Of a stretch of 22,741 nt of DNA, positions 1 to 7,059 are shown piece by piece. Source of the stretch: Candidatus Jordarchaeales archaeon (lineage in GTDB: Archaea > Asgardarchaeota > Jordiarchaeia > Jordiarchaeales > Freyrarchaeaceae); the NCBI GenBank assembly GCA_038889235.1, contig JAWAHN010000004.1, forward strand, positions 1 through 22,741, given 5' to 3'. A program made the translations under genes and the position numbers. Every line of letters starts with the position of its first letter. Positions within the stretch are counted from its first letter, which is position 1. The notes below the pieces were generated by a model. It made no database searches. It was not told where the DNA came from and saw only the letters and a program-made list of their open reading frames with translations.

Positions 1-410
1 GGGACTGTTTTTGTTTCCTTGTGTTTTTTTGTTTGTTTTTTGTTTTTTAAGTTTTTTCTTTTTCTTTTTTTGTTTGGTTTTCGGAACATTGGTTTTTTGG
101 TTTGGGGTTTATAAGGATGTTCCGGAATTGGTTGTGTGTTTTTTGGTTTTGTTTTGTTTTTTGTGTTGTTTTTGTTGTTTTGTTTTGTTTTTTGGGTTTG
201 AGGGTGTTGTTTTTTGTTTTTTGTGTTTTTGTTTTTGGTTTTTTTGTTGTTTGGTTTTTTGTTTTTTGTGATTTGTGTTTTTTCGTGTTTTTTTGTGTGT
301 TTTTCTTTGTTTTCTTTGTTTTTTTGGTTTTTTGTTTTTGTGGTTTGGTTTTGGGTTTGTTGGTTTGGGGGGTGATGTTCCGGGTGGGTATTTATGTTTT
401 TCTGTTTTTG
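1..410. repeat. Low-complexity G+T-rich non-coding tract (possible CRISPR leader or upstream regulatory region)
   Basis: Hand count: 14 A and 12 C in the first 360 nt (about 93% G+T), with many T-runs. It lies directly upstream of the cas1 operon. The leader role is inference only, since no repeat is visible. Confidence 0.6.
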
Positions 411-423
411 AAATATATTTCCG

Positions 424-438
424 AAAAGTATTTATATT
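424..438 (+). promoter_or_regulatory. Archaeal BRE/TATA promoter of the adaptation operon
   Basis: AAAAGTA followed by TTTATATT (431-438), about 22 nt before ATG 460 with no RBS. This is typical leaderless spacing. Confidence 0.6.
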
Positions 439-456
439 GCTTTTTGCTCTTTTTTC

Positions 457-1389
457 GTGATGGGCTGTGGCGGGGTGGTTGCTGTGTTTGGGCGTGGTCG
501 GTTGGCTGGCTTTGTTGGTGGGGTTTGTGGTGGTGTTTCTTGTGTTGATGAGTGTTTTGTTGTGGTTGGTGGTTTTGGTTGGCGTCGTTTTTTCGATTTC
601 TGGTTGCCGTTTGTTGATACTGTTTCGCTTGTTGATGGTGGGGTTGAGTGGGGTGGTTTTCCTCTTTTTGGTGAGCATGTTTTTGTTTTTGGTGAGGGGA
701 GGCGTTGTGTGGGTTGTTTGGGTTCCGCTGTGGTTGATGGTTTTAGTCTTTGTGGGGGTTGTGCTTCTTCGGTTTGGGGGGCTAGGTGGATGTGTAGTGT
801 TAGGGGTGCTGGTGTCCCGTTTGGTTCTTCGTCTTGTAGCTTGGATGATCCTGCGTGTGGTTTGAGGGGGGCTGCTTCTAGGTGTGGTGGTGAGCACTAT
901 GTTTACCTTGCGGGGTTTGGCTGGGTTTTGAAGGTTGGTGTTGTTGCTGCTGAGAGGCGGGATGGTTTTGTTTCTCGTTTGTTGGAGCAGGGGGCTGACT
1001 GGGCTGCTGTTTTTTCTGGTGGGTTTACGCTTCCCGAGGCTCAGCTTGTTGAGAGGGAGGTTTCGAGGGTTTTTGGTGTTGCTGAGAGGGTTGGGCTTGG
1101 GGAGAAGGTTGAGGTTTTTCGTTCTGGTGTGGTGTGTGACTGGGGTGGTGTTGTGGGGGAGGTTGCGGACTATTTTGGTCTTAGGCTTGTAGGCTGCTAC
1201 GATTTTTCGGGCGTGTATGGTTGCTGCCCGGAGTTTGAGGTTGCTGGTGTCGTGCGTGGTCCTAGGGTGTTTGGGGGGAGGCTCGTCTACGCTAGGGGGA
1301 ATGTGGCGTTCTTCGATGTCGGCGGGGAGGGGGTTTACGCTCTCGACCTTTCTTCTCTTCAGGGTTTGCCTGTCGAGTGTGAGGTTTGA
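457..1389 (+). CDS. DUF2797-like protein: Cys-rich Zn-binding region plus GIY-YIG-like motif (putative nuclease)
   Basis: C84xxC87, C99xxC102, C113, C127, C134, then C143xxxH147-YVYLA...K159VG...R174LLEQGA...E194AQLVE, and a C-terminal GRLVYARGNVAFFD. This matches my recollection of the DUF2797 pattern. Start at GTG 457 or ATG 460. Confidence 0.75.
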   Translation: MMGCGGVVAVFGRGRLAGFVGGVCGGVSCVDECFVVVGGFGWRRFFDFWLPFVDTVSLVDGGVEWGGFPLFGEHVFVFGEGRRCVGCLGSAVVDGFSLCGGCASSVWGARWMCSVRGAGVPFGSSSCSLDDPACGLRGAASRCGGEHYVYLAGFGWVLKVGVVAAERRDGFVSRLLEQGADWAAVFSGGFTLPEAQLVEREVSRVFGVAERVGLGEKVEVFRSGVVCDWGGVVGEVADYFGLRLVGCYDFSGVYGCCPEFEVAGVVRGPRVFGGRLVYARGNVAFFDVGGEGVYALDLSSLQGLPVECEV

Positions 1390-1402
1390 AGGGGGTGTTA
1401 GT

Positions 1403-2428
1403 GTGGAACTTGAGGTTTTTACTTCGGGGTGTAGGGTTGGGCGTAGGGGTAGGCTTATTAGGGTTACGCGTGGCGGCGAGGTGGTTTGTGAGGTTCCGGT
1501 GTCTAAGCTTAGCATGGTTATTGTTTCGGGTAGGGTTTCGGTTTCGAGTGAGGCTGTCCGTCTTCTTGCTGAGAACGGGGTTCCGGTTTTGTTTATGTGC
1601 GGGTGGAGGCCTGTTGCTTTGCTTCACGGCTTCTTCATGCATGGGACTGTTTTGACTAGGAGGGAGCAGATTGCGGCTTACCGTGACTGGAGGGGGGTTC
1701 ACCTGGCTAAGGGGTTTGTTAGGGGTGGCCTTGTAAACAAGGCTCAGCTCCTCCGCTACTTTGCGGCGAGTAGGGGTAGGAGTGATGGAGGGGTTGCGAG
1801 GGTTCTCGAGGAGGCCGCGTCCGAGATTTTCAGGGTAGCGTGCGAGGTTGACGGGGTTGAGGGCGAGTCTGTGGATGAGGTTAGGTTTGAGATTATGGGT
1901 TTGGAGGCTGAGGGGGCTAGGTTGTACTATGAGGCTTTGCGCCTACTGCTTCCGGAGGAGGCTGGGTTTGAGAGGCGTGAGAGGAGGCCTCCTAGGGACC
2001 CTGTGAACGCGTGTCTGAGCTATGGTTACAGTTTGCTTAACGCGAAGTGTTTGGCTGTGGTTGCTGCTTGCGGGCTTGAGCCTTACGCTGGCTTCCTTCA
2101 CGCTGACAGGTCTGGTAAGCCTTCCCTCGTCCTGGACTTGTCTGAGGAGTTTAGGCAGCCTGTGGTGGACAGGACTGTTGTCTCGCTTTTCTCTAAGGGT
2201 GAGCTTAGGAGGGAGGATTTCTCGTTTAAGGGTGGCTTTGTCGTGCTTGAGAAGAGAGGGAGGGAGGTGTTGCTGAGGGCTTTAAACGAGAGGTTTAGGG
2301 GGGAGGTGAGGGTTGACGGGGGCTCGGCCCAGCTTGGGAGCGTTATTTCTAGGCAGGCGAGGATGGTGGCGCGCTTCCTCCTGGGGAAGGCGCCTAAGTA
2401 CGAGCCTTTCTTCTTTGACTGGCACTAG
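1403..2428 (+). CDS. cas1: CRISPR-associated endonuclease Cas1
   Basis: GLEAEGARLYY, RRPPRDPVNACLSYGY, GFLHADRSGKPSLVLDLSEEFR (catalytic E/H/D-E). Start reassigned from 1217 to GTG 1403 after RBS GGGGGTG, giving 341 aa. Confidence 0.97.
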   Translation: MELEVFTSGCRVGRRGRLIRVTRGGEVVCEVPVSKLSMVIVSGRVSVSSEAVRLLAENGVPVLFMCGWRPVALLHGFFMHGTVLTRREQIAAYRDWRGVHLAKGFVRGGLVNKAQLLRYFAASRGRSDGGVARVLEEAASEIFRVACEVDGVEGESVDEVRFEIMGLEAEGARLYYEALRLLLPEEAGFERRERRPPRDPVNACLSYGYSLLNAKCLAVVAACGLEPYAGFLHADRSGKPSLVLDLSEEFRQPVVDRTVVSLFSKGELRREDFSFKGGFVVLEKRGREVLLRALNERFRGEVRVDGGSAQLGSVISRQARMVARFLLGKAPKYEPFFFDWH

Positions 2429-2438
2429 GAGGGGTTGG

Positions 2439-2720
2439 ATGTTCGTGGTGGTTTACGACATCACTGATGACAGGTTGAGGGAGCGGGTTGCCTTGACGCT
2501 CATGGAGTACGGTTTTAGTAGGGTGCAGAGGAGCGTGTTTGTGGGAGATGTTAGCAGGAATGTGGCTGAGATGCTTGCCATCGAGCTTAGGAGGCTTGTC
2601 GAGGGGAGCCCCTGTGACCTGAGGATAATACCGGTGTGCGCGAGGTGCTACATGGGGGTGATCATCGTTGCAAGGTATGGTGAGCCCTCTGAGGCTGAGA
2701 GGGAGGTTGTGGTGACGTGA
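2439..2720 (+). CDS. cas2: CRISPR-associated endoribonuclease Cas2
   Basis: MFVVVYDITDDRLRERVA...RVQRSVFVG. Start at ATG 2439 after GGAGGGG, 93 aa, directly downstream of cas1. Confidence 0.96.
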   Translation: MFVVVYDITDDRLRERVALTLMEYGFSRVQRSVFVGDVSRNVAEMLAIELRRLVEGSPCDLRIIPVCARCYMGVIIVARYGEPSEAEREVVVT

Positions 2721-3256
2721 AGGCTCTCTTTACCGTCGACGACGTGAGGCAGTACGCTTACTGCAGGAGGAAGATCTATTTCAGGTATGTTTTGAGGGTT
2801 AGGGTTAAGCCGACGGTTAAAATGGAGCGCGGGAGGGAGGAGCACTCGAAGTGGAAGCCGAGGGGTGAAGGATACTTTAGCGTTTACCTTTCTTCTGAGG
2901 GGCTTGGGCTTGCCGGTTTGGTCGACTACTTCATTTATGGCGGCGGCGTCGTGGTCCCCGTTGAGGTGAAGTTTGGTGGCCGTGGGAGGGTACACGCCAG
3001 CCACTACCTGCAACTGGTGGCTGAGGCCCTCCTGCTGGAGGAGTGCTTCGGCGTGAGGGTCGAGAAAGGGGTCATAGAGTACCCTGACACGGGTGTGAGG
3101 GTGGAGGTGAGGGTGACCGACGGAGCTAGGCTTAGGGTTCTCAGAATGCTGGAGGAGATGAGGGAGATCGTGGAGGGAGAGGTTATCCCTCCCCCGGCGC
3201 GGAGAAGGGCAAGGTGTGAGGCTTGTGAGGTTTACAAGGTTTGCATGGGGGTTTAA
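2717..3256 (+). CDS. cas4: CRISPR-associated exonuclease Cas4
   Basis: N-terminal YCRRKIYF, RecB-like GLVDY...PVEVK and QLVAE, C-terminal CEACEVYKVC (four Fe-S Cys). GTGA overlap with cas2. Confidence 0.95.
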   Translation: MKALFTVDDVRQYAYCRRKIYFRYVLRVRVKPTVKMERGREEHSKWKPRGEGYFSVYLSSEGLGLAGLVDYFIYGGGVVVPVEVKFGGRGRVHASHYLQLVAEALLLEECFGVRVEKGVIEYPDTGVRVEVRVTDGARLRVLRMLEEMREIVEGEVIPPPARRRARCEACEVYKVCMGV

Positions 3257-3310
3257 TACTCGCCTGGCTCCACGGCGGCTTCAGCCGGCATGTTCTTCCT
3301 CGGCGTGGTG

Positions 3311-3337
3311 CTTCTTTTTCACTTTTGAAGACTTTTT
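3311..3337 (+). terminator. Putative oligo-T terminator of the adaptation operon
   Basis: CTTCTTTTTCACTTTTGAAGACTTTTT about 55 nt after the cas4 stop, preceded by a CGGCT-TC-AGCCG inverted repeat. Confidence 0.35.
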
Positions 3338-3407
3338 GGAAAGCCGCTGTTTCAACTGGCTTGTTTTGTTTCAATTGAATTTTATTTTTTCTTTACAATT
3401 TTTTCTT

Positions 3408-3430
3408 TTCTATGAAACGTAAAATATATT
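3408..3430 (+). promoter_or_regulatory. Promoter/operator upstream of the AAA+ operon, near-identical to the csa3 promoter
   Basis: TTCTATGAAA-CGT-AAAATATATT, compared with TTCTATGAAA-TG-AAAATATATT at 13028-13049. Confidence 0.55.
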
Positions 3431-3465
3431 AGGGGGAGGTTGCTGAATTTACGTAAGGTGGTTGT

Positions 3466-3675
3466 ATGGCAGGACTTCCCCCGTCGCTTCATACTTTCAC
3501 CCGTCTCTCCGGTGACTCGATGCAAAAACAGCCCCCACGAAGGAGGGTTGAGGGCATGCTTGCGGCATGCTTTCTCGTTGGTGTTGAAGCAGTCTGTCTG
3601 CGTTGTCAGTTTTCATGTTGCTCTGTGTCCAGTTTGTGTTTCCCGATAACTGGGTTCTCCGTGTTATGTGAGTAG
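3466..3675 (+). CDS. Possible small Cys-rich protein (69 aa)
   Basis: ATG preceded by AAGGTGG and about 35 nt downstream of a TATA-like element. The stop codon abuts the GTG of the next ORF. No recognisable family. Confidence 0.3.
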   Translation: MAGLPPSLHTFTRLSGDSMQKQPPRRRVEGMLAACFLVGVEAVCLRCQFSCCSVSSLCFPITGFSVLCE

Positions 3676-4854
3676 GTGGCCCTATACTCTTCTCTTAGGT
3701 TTCAGGAGGTGGATTTGTTGAAGGCGGATTTGAGTGTTTTGAGTGAGTCTCCCTTATCTTTAACACAGGTGGTTAGTGACGAGACTTTAATGAAGTTTTA
3801 TGGGAAAAGCTTGCTGCTGCTCGGTCCCCCCGGTGTGGGGAAGAGTGAGACTGTCAGGCGTGTTGCGGAAAAACTTGCTGAGCGGATGGGGTTGAGGTTT
3901 GTGGAGCTGGTGGACGAGGTCGAGGTCGACGGGGATGTTTTCTTGTTTTACGATTTGAGGTTGACGGAGGTTGAGCCGACGGATCTTGTCGGGTTCCCGG
4001 TGGTTGGGGATTGCGTGGTTTACAAGCCTTTGAAGTGGGCGGTGCTCTTCAGCAGACATCCGGGTGTCCTGTTTTTGGACGAGTTGACTAATGTGAACCG
4101 TGAGGATGTTTTGACTGCTGCTTACAGGATTATTCATGAGCGGCGGGTTGGGGATGTCAGGTTTCACCCTGGGGTTTGGGTTATCGCTGCTGGTAATGTG
4201 CCGGAGCATAGTAGTGTGGCTAGGATGCTTCCGGCCCCGTTGGTTAACAGGATGATTGTGGTTAAGTTTCCGGTGCCTAGTGTTGACGAGTGGGCGAGGT
4301 ACATGGATGAGAAATATGGGCAGGAGTGGGATAGGAGGGTTTTAGCGTATCTTAAAGTGTTTCCCAGGGATTTTCTCCATGTTCCGGGTTCGGAGACTTT
4401 GGATAATTTTCCGACGCCGCGTTCTTGGACGGAGGTGGCTTTGTTCTTGCCGAAGGTTTGGGGGGATCCGCACGCTGTGAACGTGCTCTGTAGGGGGTGT
4501 CTTGGGGAGAGTGTTGGAGGAAAGTTCCTTGCTTTCCTTAAGATGGAAGTGCCGGATATCGATGAGATTTTGGAGAAGCCTCAAGTGTTTGGTAAGCTTG
4601 GGGTTGAGCAGCGCCACTTGTTGTGCACCGCTTTAGCCGACTGGTTGAAGGCTGACTTTAACAGGAGGGCTGTGAGGGCTCTTCCCCTCTTGAAGTTGAT
4701 GCTCTCTGAGAGCAGGGAGATGTTCATGTTCCTCGCCTCTGTTATGGGTAAGAGGTATGCCGAGAAGCTTTACAGGTTTCTGCACCACGAGGCTAGGGAC
4801 CTCTTGATGCCGCTTCTCGAGCAAGTTGCGGAGTTTGCTGATCCTATTTTGTAG
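3676..4854 (+). CDS. MoxR/AAA_5-type AAA+ ATPase
   Basis: Walker A GPPGVGKS, helix-2 insert YDLRLTEVEPTDLVGFP, Walker B VLFLDE, sensor-1 IAAGN, Arg finger LVNRM. The real start may be TTG 3715 or 3718 after RBS GGAGGTG. Confidence 0.9.
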   Translation: MALYSSLRFQEVDLLKADLSVLSESPLSLTQVVSDETLMKFYGKSLLLLGPPGVGKSETVRRVAEKLAERMGLRFVELVDEVEVDGDVFLFYDLRLTEVEPTDLVGFPVVGDCVVYKPLKWAVLFSRHPGVLFLDELTNVNREDVLTAAYRIIHERRVGDVRFHPGVWVIAAGNVPEHSSVARMLPAPLVNRMIVVKFPVPSVDEWARYMDEKYGQEWDRRVLAYLKVFPRDFLHVPGSETLDNFPTPRSWTEVALFLPKVWGDPHAVNVLCRGCLGESVGGKFLAFLKMEVPDIDEILEKPQVFGKLGVEQRHLLCTALADWLKADFNRRAVRALPLLKLMLSESREMFMFLASVMGKRYAEKLYRFLHHEARDLLMPLLEQVAEFADPIL

Positions 4855-4897
4855 GGTGGTGGGTGCTGGGCTGCGCAGTTTTAAGGGGGTGGTGGGT

Positions 4898-6115
4898 GTG
4901 AAGTATTGGGACGTGGCTGAGGATCTGCGTTCTATATGCACGGCGCTGTTTGGGGTTGTCCCGTGGATTTCCGCCTTTCTTATGAAGCTTAGGGTGGTCG
5001 GTGTAGAGGACATGCCGTGCGATGGGGCGGTCAACGATATGGGTGTGTTGTTCATAAACGTTAGCTCCTGGCGTAGGGCTTCGATGAGTGAAAAGGTGTT
5101 CATCTTGCTTCACGAGGCGTTGCACGTCGCGCTTAAACACTTTGCCAGGGCGAGGAACATCCTCGACAGGGAGGGAAAGGTAAACCTCGTGCTTTTCAAC
5201 GTGGCTTGCGATCTAGTGATTGATGACATGCTTATCATGGACCGCGCGCTTACGAGGTCGCTCGCGAAAGTCTCCGGGAAACACTTTTACTCGCTCTTGT
5301 CGAAGGTGGCATGCACAGACGTGAAGTATCGTTTTGGTATGTCGTGCGAGGAAATTTACCACTTGTTGCTTAGGAAGGTTAAAGTGGTACCCGATATCAC
5401 CATCGACCTCTGCTTTGACACAACGTATGGAGAGGAGGACGTCATACAGGAGGGGTCGCCTGAAATCTATTCCAAGCCAAGCTGGATGGATGTTGCAAGT
5501 AGGATTGAGAGCGTGTTGAGGAGCATAGAAGTATGCTTTGGAGGTCTTAGTGGCTGTGGGGGGTATATGGTCGCCGAGGAGTTACTGAAGCCGAAGATTA
5601 ACTGGAGGGCTGAGCTCAGGGAGAGCATACGCCGCGGGGTGGGGCGCAATGTTGTGTCGACTTGGACTAAGCGGCACAGAAAGCTTCCCGGGCTCGCACC
5701 GGGGATAGTTATGCTCAGGCGCCCCGACATCTATTGCTTGGTCGACGTTAGTGGGAGCATAAGCCAGAATATGGTGAACCAGTTTTTCACCGAGATTTTC
5801 ACCGCTGCGCGTCTTTCCAAGGTTCACGCCGTGTTCTTCGACGAAAAGGTTAGAGGGGTTTTCAGGGTGAGGCCCGGCATTATACCAAGGGTGGAGGGGG
5901 GAGGCGGCACGGTGATCAGCCCGGCTCTCAGTCTGGTCTACAAGAAGGCGCGCCGAGGCGACATAGTCGTCGTGCTCACGGACGGGCTCGTCTCCGACGA
6001 GCGGAAGCAGGATAAATGGCTGAGGAAGTTGGCTTCAAAGGTGGGGGAGGTGATTTATTGTTCAACAGCAAGGTTCCCCAATGTTGAGGTTAAAAAGGTG
6101 AAGTTGGAGGTGTAA
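4898..6115 (+). CDS. HExxH metallopeptidase plus vWA domain protein (DUF2201-like), partner of the AAA+ ATPase
   Basis: FILLHEALHVALKH and NVACDLVID at the N-terminus. vWA MIDAS residues LVDVSGSIS, GGGGT and VVLTDG at the C-terminus. Start reassigned to GTG 4898 (the track ORF from 4826 overlaps the ATPase). Confidence 0.88.
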   Translation: MKYWDVAEDLRSICTALFGVVPWISAFLMKLRVVGVEDMPCDGAVNDMGVLFINVSSWRRASMSEKVFILLHEALHVALKHFARARNILDREGKVNLVLFNVACDLVIDDMLIMDRALTRSLAKVSGKHFYSLLSKVACTDVKYRFGMSCEEIYHLLLRKVKVVPDITIDLCFDTTYGEEDVIQEGSPEIYSKPSWMDVASRIESVLRSIEVCFGGLSGCGGYMVAEELLKPKINWRAELRESIRRGVGRNVVSTWTKRHRKLPGLAPGIVMLRRPDIYCLVDVSGSISQNMVNQFFTEIFTAARLSKVHAVFFDEKVRGVFRVRPGIIPRVEGGGGTVISPALSLVYKKARRGDIVVVLTDGLVSDERKQDKWLRKLASKVGEVIYCSTARFPNVEVKKVKLEV

Positions 6116-6120
6116 GGGGT

Positions 6121-7050
6121 TTGTCGTCCTCTTATTTCCATACCGGAAACACACGTAAACGGGACGAGTTCGACCCACACTTCGAGCGACTCATGGCCCG
6201 CCTCGGAATGAGCTTCAGGTGCAGTGTGTGCGGGCGCAGGCACGAGAGTGACTGGAATGCATGCTACGGGAAGGCAATCAAGATCATAGACCAGTATCTC
6301 TTAATGGAGAACGTTCTTCAAATGATTACGTGTGTCAGAAAATTGAAAGAGATGGGTGAAAGTGAGGGCGACAATCCCGCCGGCAATTTCTGGAGTATTT
6401 TCAACCCGCTTAGCCAGCGCGTTGCCCCCGTGCTCTTGAGGGGTGTAGCGGGGTTGAACGTCGCAATTAAGGTGGCTAGTGAAGTGGCTGCGGAGTATGC
6501 TGCGTCCTTCGGCGTCAAAGCCGAAGAGCTTGTCAGTTACCTTGAAGACCCGTGGAGGTTCCGTGAGAATTTCCTGAGCAACGCTATAATAGATTTCACA
6601 CTCCTCGTAGATCTACCAAGTATGGTCAATCTTGTCAAGAAGTACGCTGAAGTTGTCGAGGTTGTGAATAAGAGGATTTTAGAGGCGGTTGAAGCACTCC
6701 CTGAGGCTAGAGTTGAGGAAGTGAAGAGGAGCAAAAATGGGTATATAAGCATGGTTAAGTTTGGCGGCCTGACCCTGCCGAGCAAGGTGATCATCAAATG
6801 CATATTCCCTTCTGTTTTTGAAGCCGACCTGCCGGTGAGACGAGTGAGTCTCCTCCAGGTTGATGAAGGGTTGAAGCATGCTGTAGTCTGGAGGAGCCTT
6901 GGGAAAAGGAAGCAGGTGAAGAAAGGTTGGCTGCTTGTCTCGCGAAGCAGAGTGGTTGCAGAGCTGAGCAAAGAAGAAGCAAAACTCGACATTTCAACTC
7001 TCGTTTCAAAGTATTTGCGCTCAGAACGTGTGCAGGGTGAGTGTTTGTAG
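6121..7050 (+). CDS. Hypothetical protein with N-terminal CxxC-x3-H-x6-C zinc-finger-like motif
   Basis: 309-aa ORF 5 nt after the vWA gene, with CSVCGRRHESDWNAC and natural amino-acid composition. No family recognised. Confidence 0.75.
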   Translation: MSSSYFHTGNTRKRDEFDPHFERLMARLGMSFRCSVCGRRHESDWNACYGKAIKIIDQYLLMENVLQMITCVRKLKEMGESEGDNPAGNFWSIFNPLSQRVAPVLLRGVAGLNVAIKVASEVAAEYAASFGVKAEELVSYLEDPWRFRENFLSNAIIDFTLLVDLPSMVNLVKKYAEVVEVVNKRILEAVEALPEARVEEVKRSKNGYISMVKFGGLTLPSKVIIKCIFPSVFEADLPVRRVSLLQVDEGLKHAVVWRSLGKRKQVKKGWLLVSRSRVVAELSKEEAKLDISTLVSKYLRSERVQGECL

Positions 7051-7059
7051 GGGGTGCGG

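Noticed and set aside
1-456. Degenerate CRISPR array or replication-origin ORB boxes in the G+T tract
   Set aside because: No 24-40 bp repeats with unique spacers. The GTTCCGG motifs lack a convincing ORB consensus, and there is no cdc6/orc1 in the window.
11-548. F/V/C-rich plus-strand ORFs (11..271, 102..548, 275..460) that look like membrane proteins
   Set aside because: Translation artefacts of a T/G low-complexity tract. No RBS or promoter, and they overlap the real promoter.
1217-1402. Apparent 62-aa N-terminal extension or fusion on Cas1 in the ORF track
   Set aside because: It overlaps the DUF2797 gene in another frame. A good RBS plus GTG 1403 gives a normal 341-aa Cas1.
109-1515. 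468-aa minus-strand ORF rich in K/T/N/P
   Set aside because: Shadow frame of the A/C-rich strand, where stop codons are rare. It overlaps the motif-bearing DUF2797 and cas1 genes.
3010-3030. Cas4 QxxxY motif reads QLVAE
   Set aside because: This position varies among Cas4 proteins and the other catalytic and Fe-S residues are intact, so it is not evidence of inactivation.
3349-3379. GTTTCAA twice and the palindrome TTCAATTGAA, resembling archaeal CRISPR repeat ends
   Set aside because: The copies are only 19 bp apart, with no full repeat-spacer unit, in an AT-rich promoter region.
6121-7050. The orphan ORF as a divergent Cas6
   Set aside because: No C-terminal GhGxxxxxGhG glycine loop. It is transcribed with the ATPase module, opposite to the I-A operon.
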